NCBI GenBank assembly: GCA_002633005.1
Contig: NMRA01000125.1
Coordinates: forward strand, 106,214-170,213
Direction: 5' to 3'
DNA: 64,000 nucleotides
From: Phoronis australis
Taxonomy: Eukaryota; Animalia; Phoronida
The notes beneath the pieces were generated by a model. That model was not told where the DNA came from, searched no databases, and saw only the letters and a program-made list of their open reading frames with translations. Positions within the stretch are counted from its first letter, which is position 1. Each line of letters starts with the position of its first letter. The position numbers were made by a program, and so were the translations under genes. Below, piece by piece: positions 1 through 12,500 of the stretch.

Positions 1-1114
1 ACTCACTGCAGTTTTTAGTATCTCTTTGGCTTTTTGATATGTCACCCGCACGTGTGCAGTCGGGGTTTGACTTGAGTTTAAAAACAAATGAAAAAATGGA
101 ATAGTGACATATTGTCAGTTCAACGAGATGGTTTCATTGTGGAAAAAGATTTTATTTTCAACTTTTATAACCGATTTATGCGATCGTCCATTTTACGCCG
201 ACTTGGAGGTCTAAATTGCACCCTCTCTCAGTGAAATCAAAGCGAGGCAACGCTGTAAAAAACGAGACGGTGCCGGACATTGAATGCATTACAACGGAAA
301 AAAAATTGGTGTCATTTAATTCTCAGATTATGCTTCAAGTAAGATTTTATGAAATGTCCGATATTTAGGTTCCGTCCGATAATTAGGTACCCTATGTGTA
401 GTAGATCAGATAATAAACAATATCACCGTCACATTTGGCCGCTGTAGATGGCCATCCCATAAGCCCTCTATACGCCGGGAGTTTTTCGTCGAATTTTACC
501 TCACACTGATTAAATCATCAAAGTCATGATGCTATAAGTCCCTTTTGCGCGGAGAACCTGGAACATACCTTAGATCAGATAGGTCAGGAGTCCGTTAAAG
601 TTAATATATACTCAAACAATGTTTGCAATTAGCTTGCGTCATCAAAAAGAAAGTGGAGGACAAGCAATGGTAATGGTCAAAGATAGCAAACCGAGTTATC
701 ATGAGTTGTTAGATGCTGGTGAGACTCTTTACCTCCACTATTGACATAAATTTATCAGAGGCATAGACTCCAGATTCTGACATTGGAACAGGGAAAATCC
801 AGACAAGAGAAGATAGAGACATCCACACAAAGAGGCAGTGGAACATAGTGTTTTTGGGTTGGTGAGTTTGCTGTGCCGAATGTCCAAGTTTGAAAATTTT
901 GAACGCTCTCAAAAATATGTGAAATAAAATACACGTTAACGGAGAATGCCACCCGTTTTAATTAGACTTTATTACTGTCTTAATCGATCTGTATCAACTT
1001 CACCTCGTATGCAGTAGATCTTACCTCGCTGAAAGGTGTCACGTTAACCTGTGAGGAAGGTCAGTAAACAACACAGCGACGTCAGTGGTTCTTCTGTAGA
1101 GTGAGTGCCGCTAT

Positions 1115-2592
1115 ATAAAAATGAAAGCGCTCTGAGGAGCGAAACTTGGCGAAATTAACCAAAAAAACACGTTCGAGAGGACGAGAAAAGACGACGACAG
1201 AGATGATGACGAAGATGACAGCTATGACGACGATGGAGGCGATAATGGACAACCCTAGTTATGATATCATTCATATAACGAACGTAGAGGTCAGAAATCA
1301 CTAAGACATAGGCTACAGTCTTGAGCGACACTTGGCGAAATTAACTGAAGAAAAGACGACGTCGGAGATGATGACGAAGATGACGAATATGATGATGGTG
1401 GTGGCCATGATGAAGAACATCATAACATTCATATGACGAATTTAGTTGTCATAAATCATTAAGAAATAGGCTGCAGTCTAGTTCAATAGAAGCTAAACCA
1501 ACCTGAATGCAGCAACAGCGCTCAACAAAGGAGCAGCGTTATCACAAAATCTCAAATAACTTGAAAAGTAGACGTCGTAGAGAAAAATGGAAAGCATCTC
1601 CTGAAAGCCCGTTCAAAGCTCTATCTAAACTGATGGTATCGTTTAATTCCGTAAATTTTTCGAAAAAAATGAAATTTTGCGTTTTTTCTAAGAATTTCAA
1701 AGTCAAATAACTCGAAAACGGTAAGTCTGAGAAAAAAATTGTTACAGGCCATTTGAAAGATAATACTTCAAAGAATCTACATGCAAAAAATCACGTCTTT
1801 TTCTCTTCCCGTTTAAAATCGCACTCCAGACGACTGAAAATGGGTCAACATGCGCCATATCCGCCATCTTGAATGTAACTTCCGGTTTTTTGGCTTTGTA
1901 TAATAGCATGTTACAAGAAACTAATACCTGTAAAAATTGGAAGGAATTTGTCAGACAATGCGCCCTCTAGAGGAGAAAACGTTTTTAAGCCAAAATCGAG
2001 GTGCGCATGCGCGATCGCCGATATTTCCGCCATCTTTAACCAGAAGTAAACAATTTCCGGTATACTTGTAGCAAGCTTCCGGTCCATTTACTGTGCCGAT
2101 TCTTAGCCTTTTACGTAAAAAATTGTAGCCTCCAGAAGCATTTGAACCTTTAAATGGAAACAAAATGGCCGCCACAGCCGCCATCTTGGATCCAATTTTG
2201 ACGAAAAACAGTAGGCTTCCAGTACTTCCGGAAGTACGTGTTAAGTGTAAATTTCGTGATGATCGGACGAAAATTGCGACCTGTATCGTGCGAACAAACA
2301 AAAAAAAAAACAAACTTAGTGTCAGAGCAATATACTTGGCGAAATTTATTTCGCCAAGTAATAATTGCAGGTGGTCTGATACACGTTGTACCAGACGTGC
2401 GCAGGCCTCGCATGTGGGCCCATTGCACTGATCACCTGGAAATATTTTTATGCTTTATTAATATGTGCTTAAAACCGAGCTGAGGAGCTAGAAACCTGGC
2501 TCAAGGGTTTAGCAGGGTGACATGGTGGGACTCGAACCCACGACCTCGAGTAAAGAAAGGGGGCGCTTATCAACCAGTCCACACTGCCTCCT
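1115..2592 (-). mobile_element. tRNA-derived SINE with 13-bp target-site duplication, interrupted near its 3' end by a HINE
   Basis: The minus-strand head from about 2591 reads GGAGGCAGTGTGGACTGGTTGATAAGCG...GGTTCGAGTCCC (A-box-like; B box at 2528-2538), followed by a CCTTGAGC body. The exact direct repeat TGAGTGCCGCTAT lies at 1102-1114 and 2593-2605. Confidence 0.7.
1121..2364 (-). mobile_element. Helentron-associated non-autonomous element (HINE/DINE-like)
   Basis: On the minus strand: 5' stem-loop TACTTGGCGAAAT-AA-ATTTCGCCAAGTA (2333-2360), a T-rich microsatellite (about 2294-2314), subterminal inverted repeat copies ACTTGGCGAAATT (1144-1156 and about 1330), a 3' palindrome CGCTC-TGAG-GAGCG (1128-1141) and T-rich flanks. 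Confidence 0.7.
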
Positions 2593-2603
2593 TGAGTGCC
2601 GCT

Positions 2604-2685
2604 ATGGTGTGGTGTGTCGTTTTTTCAATTTCCTGGAGAGCCCGAAATGCTTCAAAAGTGGCTCACGGCAGTGAAGAATGAAAAG
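2604..2685 (+). pseudogene. THAP zinc-finger fragment (N-terminus of a Kolobok transposase), deleted and frameshifted
   Basis: ATG at 2604 gives MVWCV; the frame from 2611 gives GVSFFQFPGEPEMLQKWLTAVK, matching the THAP signature S-F-x-x-F-P...K-W-L-x-A-V-K. Confidence 0.6.
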
Positions 2686-2689
2686 CACT

Positions 2690-2945
2690 CCGTGTCTGTG
2701 GCTGGCATTTCGTCCACAAGAAGGCATTTCAGTTGCGGAATTTCATGAACACAAATGGAAACGTCAATCGTTTCCGTTATTGTGCAGTTAGCGCACTGAC
2801 ACCATGACAAGTCGTTTTCGGAACTATCCATATGTTGCATTGCTTGTGCACGTTCATAGCGCCTCTCTATTTCTTGATCAGTGTATTCCGGTTCGAACTG
2901 ATAGCCTCTGAAACCTAAGGATCCACCTGTGAAGTCTTGTGGGAT
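2690..2945 (-). pseudogene. KolX / P2X7-ballast (nanor-like) cysteine-rich protein fragment
   Basis: Minus-strand translation GFRGYQFEPEYTDQEIERRYERAQAMQHMDSSENDLSWCQCANCTITETIDVSICVHEIPQL contains the YQFEP and WCxCxxC motifs. It is truncated where it meets the THAP fragment. Confidence 0.65.
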
Positions 2946-5900
2946 GAGTACTCTTCTAAGTAGGTATTGTGCTCTTCTTCAAAAACTGAAACAAAGTGTC
3001 AAAGTTTGTCCCATTAGATACAATTTGTAATGCCTTTGGAGTGTGTGTGTTGGTGAGTGAAATATTTTGAGAAGCCAGCAATGAATAAATTACTGTGTTT
3101 ACCCCCTTTAGATGCAATAAAGCTAAATGACCAGGCATCGAGGCCGTGTGAGTGCTTACTAATTTAGTGTTTGCTGTAAGAAAGCTGTTGTGAAACAATA
3201 ACTCCATTTTGTATGCTATGGTGAGATGTTAGGGGAATCTTTATTTTGATATTCATACATTATTCGAATCATTGTTACTGTGCAACTTTTGTTACCACGG
3301 TTCTGTGGAAGGGGAACCTCAGTGACTTCGCGTCCCCCGACGAGTAAGTAGATTTGCAGTTTCACAAATACTTCACCAAAATAATCATGTGCACATTATT
3401 TCCTTGGCTCACTAGTATAGTCTTTTTGTGATTGGAAGTTTAGTTTCCAACTTTGGTTGGTTTATGTTTGTGATGTCTTCAGTCTGGTCGCGATGGGCCT
3501 GATTGGGTTTCGAGCCACTGGCCGGGATAACAAGCGTTTTGTGTGTCTAAAATTACAACACACAGCTATGTTCTCGTGTCTGTATTTCATGGAAAAATAA
3601 TTTGAATTTATCACTGAACAGAAACCAAACTCTGGTGACCAACCTTGGTAAACTGACCTACCGAACTTAGTAGGCTACAGAACAGCGAAATAAAACAACA
3701 TGTCTGTTCAAGAACTCGATGTATTTGTAAGGGTTTTATATCAAATTTTGATGATTTGTTGATGCAAAACAATGAATTCAGTTGCTAAGCTGACCTCACT
3801 AAGCGTGTTGTGAAGTGTTGAACATACTGCGTTCGAACCTGTGACGTCATTGGTTAATTTAAACACTGCTGTCTGCCGTCAGGTGTCAGGTAAAAGAACT
3901 GTACTTGCTGTTTTTGAGTGTAACTACTCGATCTACATTGATACAAAATAGGTTGTTTTTTGTGTGGCATTCTCCTTTAATAGATCCAGATACACCCAGT
4001 ATCCCAATGCCAAAAGTTTGCACATACTTTTCATGCTTCTCGGGACTTTCGGTTTCGACCTTGAGTTCAATGTTCACATCGCAGAGTGGACCACAACGGC
4101 AATTGAACAATTTTGCGGCAATAAGATAGGCCCAATAAAGGGGTGTGAAGGTTGTTTTTATAAGAAAATAACGTCAAATAATTGGAATCAGGACGAAGTA
4201 TTTCCATTTTTTTGCCAAAAATTTTGTTTTTCTTGTAACGTTTAACTTAAATTGGAAAATTCTACATCAAAAAGCGAAAATGAAAATTCTTTATCCGGTT
4301 TTGAATGCCCCAACCCCTCTTCTAAATAATGCATCAATTGTTATAGTAGTGTACCAAAGTGTTTCAGGCGCAAAAGATAAAAAGTTTCATTACGCTTCCG
4401 AAATCTAGATTTCAACTGATAGGACAGTTCATATTGAAATAATTAGAGTATTCCTAAAAAGCGCAAAAACATGAAAATTGTACACCGTTGCCTTTTTTAT
4501 AACAGCATTTATCAAAGTGTATCGAAGTTAAATCTTCACTGATTACAAAGTAGCCAGTTGAACATGTCTTTCAGTTCAGAAAAAGTTGCCATATTGTCGC
4601 TGTCGTAACTTATGTTGCTGTCGTCCAAGATAGCCGACCCGATCCAAACAAGTGATCCAAGTTTCACCGAAAAAGTTGCAATAACTTTTTACTATTTAAA
4701 GGTGCTATGTCTCATTAAAACCATGAATATTCAATTTTGTAGCAAGCGCCACCTAGTGACCTCCTGGAGAACTGTGTGTACAAGTATAATCAGGAAAAAC
4801 GATTTGAAAATTGCAGATTAAAGAAAACACTACAACAGATACACTTAAAAACAAGTGTGAATGAACATATAAGCCCCTAGTAATTCCAAATATCATTATT
4901 TGATAGTGAAATAAATAAATAATAAAAACTGTGCCTTGTTTCGTAAGGGTAACAGCAATGCTGTGGGGGTTTCCCAAGGATCAGGTGTTCATCCTCCATG
5001 ATGAGATATTACCATACTCATTTGCATAGAAATAGTCTCACAAAACTAGACTTTCAGGAGATTGTAATCATGGTAACTGGTTCTCGGATGGTTTCTGGCA
5101 CACTGGAGGACCCAAGGTTGTTTGTTAATTAGTTATTCATTTGCATATTCACAATTTAATGAGACTATGCATCTTTAACCGGATTTTGATAATTTTTTAT
5201 TTTTATCGTGTTGGACAAAGAATTTCTTCAAAACCAAGTAAAAATTTTGCTTCTGCCCTATTCAGAGGAAGAGGAAACTCTTTGGTCATTTCCCCTTGAT
5301 GCTTAATAATTTTTTGAAGACAATAGAATGCCGTAACACCTATATCACCCCTGCTTTAGCAGCCAGCTGTTGTACAAAAATTCACCACTAAACTGAGTAA
5401 GAATTCAGCTAAAAATGTCTTTGCTTCAGGATACCACAATCATACTGAAATGTTTGTCCTCCAACATGGCAGATGACCTAATTGATGATGTCATTCAAAA
5501 ATACTCTGTACTCCCACAATCAAACTTTTTATTCGAGAAGTCCTTCATTCAGTTGCGCAGATCGGCCATATCCTGTGACATGAGCAGTGTAAAAATGGCC
5601 AGTTGCCAGTTTGGGCAACTGAACGAAGGAATGTTCGAAAAAGGTTTGATTGCGTGAGTATTTGTTCTAGTTGGGAAGAGTTAAAGACATCAACGGCCTC
5701 CTAAAGTGTCCCTCCATGCGCAAAAGATACTTATAGCAACATGGCTTTACTTTTATTAATGGGCTAATCAGTGAAGCATAACTCCCAAAAAGCTTCCGCC
5801 GTATTGAGGGCCTATGATGGGATGGCCACTGTTTCTACTGTGGTCAGTTGAGAAGGTGGTACTAGTCAGAACGTAGCCAGCTAGCTAGCTGTATGAAGAT

Positions 5901-6103
5901 GAATGTCAAAATATGGGTAGGAACCACTGTTGTTTCAGCTCCAATAGCATTTGAAATTTCACACCGCCCAGGTAATTCTGGTCATCACTTTGTGAAACAT
6001 ATTTTAACATGTAGAGTGAATGACTGGCTTGAGTGAATGCAAAATCTGGTAGTCAACTGACACTCATCTTGCCCGTTATAACCGTTCAAGTGAAACACAA
6101 TAT

Positions 6104-6350
6104 CATGCGCGCACCCAGGGGGGGCTTGGGGGGCTCGAACAAGCTCCCCCATTTGGCGAAGTAGGTAAAAAAGGTCCACCTCCGAGCAACAAAAAGTCCG
6201 AGATAACCGAGACCACTAAATAAGCACGAATGCGCACTTCACAGCGGCGCTCCCGTTTTTTTTTTAGTCCGCCCATCGTTTTGTTAGGATAAGGTCCACG
6301 ACATCAAGAATTCGAGCCCCCCCCCAAATTGAAGGCTGGGTGTGCGCATG
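6104..6350. mobile_element. MITE with GC-rich TIRs and apparent 5-bp TSD (hAT-like)
   Basis: CATGCGCGCACCCAG...GGGGGGCTCGAA at the left end and TTCGAGCCCCCCCCC...CTGGGTGTGCGCATG at the right end; AATAT on both flanks (6099-6103, 6351-6355). Confidence 0.7.
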
Positions 6351-6547
6351 AATATAATAAATGTCATTGTCTTACGTAATTCTCCACCTTTTGTATCAAA
6401 AAGTCTTGTCGTTTTTAAACAGTATGCTCGTGACACACGCACATGCCATTTACTAATTTTTTGCGACATCTCTCAGGAGATGATAACTTTGCCGAAGCAA
6501 TATTTGCTCTGAATTTCGGTTTACTGGAATTTAAGTGTCAAAACTCA

Positions 6548-7487
6548 TAATGAGAGCGCTCGGAGGAGCGACACTTGGCGGAATTAATCGAAAGACGACA
6601 ATGGGGAGGACGACGACAATCATGACGATCAAGGCGGCAATAATGAATAACACGGTAACATTCATGTGACTAGCGAAGAAATCAAATAGAGAGCACATAA
6701 TGAACTACAATAAAGAACAATAGATAGCACAACATGACGGACGAGCCATGCTTTGTTCCCGCAATCCAAAATAGGTGGCACTATGTGACAGTCTGCAGAG
6801 CAAAGTTATGTTTACAATAGTATTTCGCCTGGAATTCCAGTCTACAGTACGACAGTGCTACCTGGGTCAGTCGGGGTCACAACTCTCTGTTAACTTGTGC
6901 AGACATAACCAAAACAAAGTGAACTGAAAGCCAGCCAGCTGCGTGCATACGTGACCGAAGGAACAACNNNNNNNNNNNNNNNNNNNNNNNNNNNNNNNNN
7001 NNNNNNNNNNNNNNNNNNNNNNNNNNNNNNNNNNNNNNNNNNNNNNNNNNNNNNNNNNNNNNNNNNNNNNNNNNNNNNNNNNNNNNNNNNNNNNNNNNNN
7101 NNNNNNNNNNNNNNNNNNNNNNNNNNNNNNNNNNNNNNNNNNNNNNNNNNNNNNNNNNNNNNNNNNNNNNNNNNNNNNNNNNNNNNNNNNNNNNNNNNNN
7201 NNNNNNNNNNNNNNNNNNNNNNNNNNNNNNNNNNNNNNNNNNNNNNNNNNNNNNNNNNNNNNNNNNNNNNNNNNNNNNNNNNNNNNNNNNNNNNNNNNNN
7301 NNNNNNNNNNNNNNNNNNNNNNNNNNNNNNNNNNNNNNNNNNNNNNNNNNNNAAAAAAAAAAAAAAAAAAAAAAAAACTTGACGACAGAGCAACATACTT
7401 GTCGGAATTCGAAGAATTCCGCCAAGTAAAAAACTTGCTGTCAGACCAACATACTTGACGGAATTTGAAGAATTCCGCCAAGTAATA
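6548..7487 (-). mobile_element. Second HINE of the 1121-2364 family, spanning the assembly gap
   Basis: GCGCTCGGAGGAGCGACACTTGGCGGAATT at about 6556-6585 and a tandemly duplicated stem-loop ACTTG(T/A)CGGAATT...AATTCCGCCAAGTA at about 7397-7484, plus a poly(A) run. Confidence 0.65.
6968..7352. other. Assembly gap (385 N)
   Basis: Run of N. Confidence 1.
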
Positions 7488-8133
7488 AAATGAAACCAAT
7501 TCCGATAATTTGTTGTGACATGTATGCAACCTTCTTTTTTGAAGAAGAACATTTGATTGATGAATCTGTGAATAATGAAATTGGCGAAAAGCTACCGATG
7601 TATTGCGTGGTGCTTAAAGCCGACGCATCTTATTGATCCACAAATTTAGCAAAAATAACGCTTGCATGGCAATATTTTAGCTCTGGTAACTTGCTTATTT
7701 TACTAAAGAATGAGTGTAGTTTTTCATGGCGGTAATTTTGTGTCAGATTTTATTTAGCCATTTTTTACCGTCGTTGGTGGAAAGCTGTGTATTTCTACAG
7801 CTTTGCACCAAAGCTAGTCAGATTGTACCCAGACCAACTCGGTTCTAATTGAAACGATTTTTTGCTTACAAACATTTGAGAGTCAATTTCTATTTTGGTC
7901 TGCCTCTTGTGATGTGGATTGATAATTGAAAATGTCTTGGAGTACTTTGTAAAACAATTTCAATTTATTGCAGGTGTTGGACGTCAGCATGTTGCAGAAC
8001 TATATCTTGAAGTCATCGTCGGGGATTTTTTGCATGTTTTTGATTAAAAAGTCATCTACTAACTTGTGTGCTCTATATGGAAGAGTTTTTTTATAGTTGC
8101 TGTGTAATGTACTAGAACACTGATGTGGTCAAC

Positions 8134-9544
8134 ATGCCGAAGAAGAAACGACAGTGGTTTGCTCATAATTCTAGGCAAATCAAAGACTCCATTTTGTCAT
8201 ACGATACAGATGAGTTGCCAGACCTTGACCCGCAATTGTGTGCCAATGCCAAAGTGACTTGCAGTACTAGTATCCCTCTAAAGAGATTTGCATCAACACG
8301 AGTTAACACAGTACCCAAGCCTCTTGTTCGGTCACTCACAGTTCAAAAGAAGGTTGCAATTCCCAAGGGGATACTTAACCTTGATCCTGTGGCAGAGCTG
8401 AATGACTTGAAGAAATTATTAAATTATAACAGTCCGTGTGTGGATTTCAGTGATGAGTTAAATGAGTGCTTGTCGGATGACAATGCGGTTTCATCATCAC
8501 TGAAGTACTGCAAACCTGAAAAACCAAAATACCCACCAAATTTTGTCGGTTTTTGCAATAATGCATCTTCTTCAAAAGAGAGCTCATTTGTTCCACATTC
8601 GGCTTGTAGTAGTAGTCAATGTTCTTATGGTAATTCTGGGTTTACTGTGAACAGTAAAGATTGGTTTCGGCAGCCTAACCATACAAAAACAGCAAAGTCG
8701 ATTGGTAAGCCAGTACTTGAGGTGCTGGTCATTTCTTCTGATAGTGAGGACGATGAGCGTTGTGTAGAACAGCATTCTATAGACCAAAACACAAGTGACA
8801 GTGGAAGTAATTTGAGTATTCTGTCATATGGTAAAACGCCAAGAAGTCTAGATAACCCTCGCTCACTAAGTAAAGACTCCCATGTTGATGATTTCGCATT
8901 GCCCTTCCACTCGTCTGATGAGATGTCCCAGTGCAATGATATCTGTCGTGAAGAACCACATTCTGTAGGCCAGAACACAGATGACACTGACAGTGATTTG
9001 GTTATTCTGTCAAATGATAAAATGCCTAGAAGTCAAGATAACCCTTGCTCACAAAGTAAAGACTCCCATGACGATGATGTCACAATGCAGTTCCAGCCGT
9101 CTGATGAGATGTTCCAGTGCTCTGACATTTCTCGTGTAAAGCCACATTCTGTAGACAAGAACACAGATGCTATTGACTGTGATTTGAGTATTTTCTCAAG
9201 TAATAAAATGCCAATTAGTCAAAATAACCCTTGCTCAAAAAGTAAAGACTCTCATGTTGATAATGTGGCTATGTCCTTCCATCCATCTGATGATATTTCT
9301 GTTAACATCAGCAAAGTTCAGAGTGAAAAGTGTCATGCCGATGCTTCACTGGCTGTGTCATTATCTGAAGAAATACCTGAAGTAAGCTGTGTTAATGTCT
9401 CTGTAATTGGGTGCAGTGATATCAGCAAAGTTCAGGGCAACCATCGGTCTCTTGACGAATACCGAAGTAATTCTGTGCCAGTAAGAATAAAGATGAAGGG
9501 AGACCACCATGATGTTGAAATTCAGCAGAAGTGTACAGTAAATG
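8134..9544 (+). CDS. SIMC1: SIMC1-like coding exon 1 (NLS-like motif, SIM, 62-aa repeats)
   Basis: Long ORF from ATG 8134; donor G|GTTTGT at 9544/9545 (phase 1). Confidence 0.8.
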
Positions 9545-12500
9545 GTTTGTAAAGCATGAGTTTTTCTGTTCATATTTATGCGCCCACATAGATATGCGGG
9601 TGCAAATAGTCATCTCTGTGTGTATGGGCATCTGGCATCTGCTGCTGTATATCCTAAACCTTTTGCAGGATCTTCCCGAAAGTTGGTATTTGTGTTTCTG
9701 TGGAGATGGTGATAGACGATGACAACTTTTGCACACACAGATCCATCTACAACTGTCCCCCCATCATGGCAATTTTAGCTGTTTATGTTTGCCTCTTTAT
9801 CTATTAAGTTCCTTGACAAAATTCTACGAAATTTGAGAAGTTTCTGTTTGGATGGCAACGACACTTTTCCAATGTTGGACAGTCCTGACATATTCTGGAC
9901 CCCCTAAACCATTTGTATTTTCATCTGCTGCTATATTCACATGCTGCTCAAAAGATCATGAATTTTGGCAGATGTGGAGAGTGTGGCTGACATTTATTTT
10001 TTGGAAAAGTCTGACTACAGTACCACCTCCTAGTGGTAATTGTGTTTTTATCTCTGCTTCATTATCCACCAAGCACCCTGATGAACCTTCACATGAAATT
10101 TGATTTCATGTTTCTGTTGAGAAGGGCAAAACTGACGTTGATTTCGAGACAAATCTTATTACTGTGGCAATTTAGGCATTCTTGTAGTATGCCTTGATTT
10201 CTATAAAGTTCCATGGCAGATCTTCCATTCAGCCTTTTTGTGCTCCCTCATTTCCATGCCTGTTTTGATGTCTGCCTCCCTACCCACAAATTGCTTGAAC
10301 ATAAAAGTCAACAGATGTGTTCTTGTTGATGAGAAGATGGCCGACGTTAATTTTTGTATTGTTCTGTATTGTCCTCCTAATGACGATTTTATGGGTTAGC
10401 TCTTTGTACCTTTGCCAATATCTACCAAGTTTTCTTGGTGGATATTTATGAAATTTTGACGTAATCATATTGAGGAAAGCATAGCTAGTGTCAATTTTTG
10501 TATGGATCTGACTACTGTAATGCCCCCTAGTGTCAAATTGCCGTACCCTCTGCCTCAACTATCAAGGAAAGTTCTTCAATCTTCACAAAAATTTTCCTTT
10601 TGACGAGGGCTGCTCAACTTCTGCTGATTTCTGAATGGATCCGATTACTATTTGAAACATACCCCTAATATAAATTACTTGACGTTCCTGATGCACTCAG
10701 TGGGTGCGTGTCAACTGTGTTGCTCTTGTTACTTATTTGAGGATGGATAGTTTAAATGCACTGTTAAAATTCCTAGTTTTCTAAAAGAGTTAACAACATT
10801 GGCGTCTTATCATTTCAAGTCATTTTTCATGTTTGAACTACTGTTCAAGAGTCACTAAGAAATGTTAATTTTGTGTAAAATGATAGAACTTAGTCATACC
10901 CTGCACTTTGTTCAAATACTTAGTGTTGCTAGATTGAAGAGAATGCTTTCAACATGGAGAATACTACTTTTAGGTAGTTGAGTATCATAAGGCAGACTGC
11001 TAGATTAGCTACTTAAAATAAACATTCACAAGGGCATCTCATATCTGTTGTCGTGTGAGTAAATAGATTGATAACAGTCTCATGCATAGTTATTAAATAT
11101 TCATACCAGCCATGTGCGATCACCATGAATTAATAGAGCCAAACCACAAGTTAGTTAATGTACGTCGTGTAGGGAGTACTAGAGTGTGCGGACTGTTAGT
11201 GAAATCACGGGAACCATCTTGTATCATAAGACGACTCAGCTGCTTTCTCATTGGAGGTTGATGATGGGAAAGCAGATAAGACATCTGGCGAGTGTTTACG
11301 TGTGAAATTGTCAACAGCTTGTAACTTGGATTTTCTTTCTGATCTGATGTCACGTGATTGTGTTATCAGCCGAGACAGTTTGGTTTTGTTTTGTTTTGTT
11401 TTGTATAGTTGCTAGTGCGGCTCCATTTGCTAATGCAAAAAAATAGAAAGTATTTAATAATCATAATTTGTCTAAGTACAGTAAAAATTCTTAAATTTGG
11501 GACAAGGAAAATTGCTAATTTTCAAAGGCTTGTAACGTTACCGTAAATACTCAAAATTTTAACAACTGCAATTTTTGTTCTTATGCCAGCTTAGCCGTAC
11601 ACACTGTACTGACAACTTAGTATCAATTTCTAATAAGTTATTTTTGTCGAGACATTTGAAAACATCAAATTCTACTTGTATGCCATATTGTGTCACAAAC
11701 TGAAGAATTTTTACTGTATGTGGCGTTAGATGTCTTTGTCCTTGATTTTTCTTCAGAACCGGAGTCGGAGAAAAGACAACCAAATGATGACAACCTGCTA
11801 AATGATAATCAACTGCATTGTGATGATAGTCTTGAGTGTGAGACTCATGATTCCTTGATTCCAACGTCCTTTGAGTTAGAGAGTGTGTCTTCCACTCAAA
11901 TAAAGGTATTACAGGCTAGATGTTATGGTAGGACGAGGACTGCATTTCCCAGCGTCAAGATTTCAACAAATGTGTTAGTGAAACTGAATAAGATATCACC
12001 GTAATGATGTTTGTCTCCAGCTGGAAGCAGTTACGAAGAATGACATAGTCACTTTCTGTCTTCGTTATTGCTAAAATTGACATTTTTTCATTTTCCAAGC
12101 ACCTACATTATTACAGCCAGAGTTCTAATTTTTACACATATTTTTGTGATAGTTAGGTATATTTGTTGAGAAATTTCACAGAAAGAAAATTTGCTTTGGC
12201 GAAACATTGTGTCCTTGGCTAACCACCGTTTGTTGTCCTCTCTTCTGAAAACCAACTTTAATTAAATGTTAGGTGAATACTGTGAAATAATGACTTAACC
12301 TGCTGGAGACGCAATTTCTTGGTGATGTTGTTAATCACATTTGTCTTTGAATTTAAATTCCCTAGATGGGACTATGAGCTGGCCTTCTGTCAAAAATTCT
12401 ATAAAGATTTTGATTTAGACTTCTTTCCATTTATGAAGTCAACTTTTTTATTCTGATTAAGTGTGAATTATAAATGGACCTCGTATGAACTGATATTTTT

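Larger units (their letters stand above)
940..3976 (+). mobile_element. Internally deleted Kolobok-type DNA transposon (TTAA TSD, 13-bp TIRs) carrying nested insertions
   Basis: TTAA (936-939) then CGGAGAATGCCAC (940-952) ... GTGGCATTCTCCT (3964-3976) then TTAA (3977-3980): 12/13 inverted match. The interior has a + strand THAP fragment and a - strand KolX-like fragment in tail-to-tail orientation, as known for Kolobok elements. Confidence 0.8.

Noticed and set aside
1170-1430. Asp/Glu-rich coding-like GAT/GAC runs
   Set aside because: They lie inside the HINE, are interrupted by stops and recur in the second HINE copy (about 6590-6650).
2515-2592. tRNA gene
   Set aside because: It has a B box and T-arm but no convincing anticodon arm or acceptor stem; it continues into a SINE body with a TSD.
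6867-7552. Long ORFs across 6.9-7.5 kb
   Set aside because: Artefacts of the N gap and poly(A).
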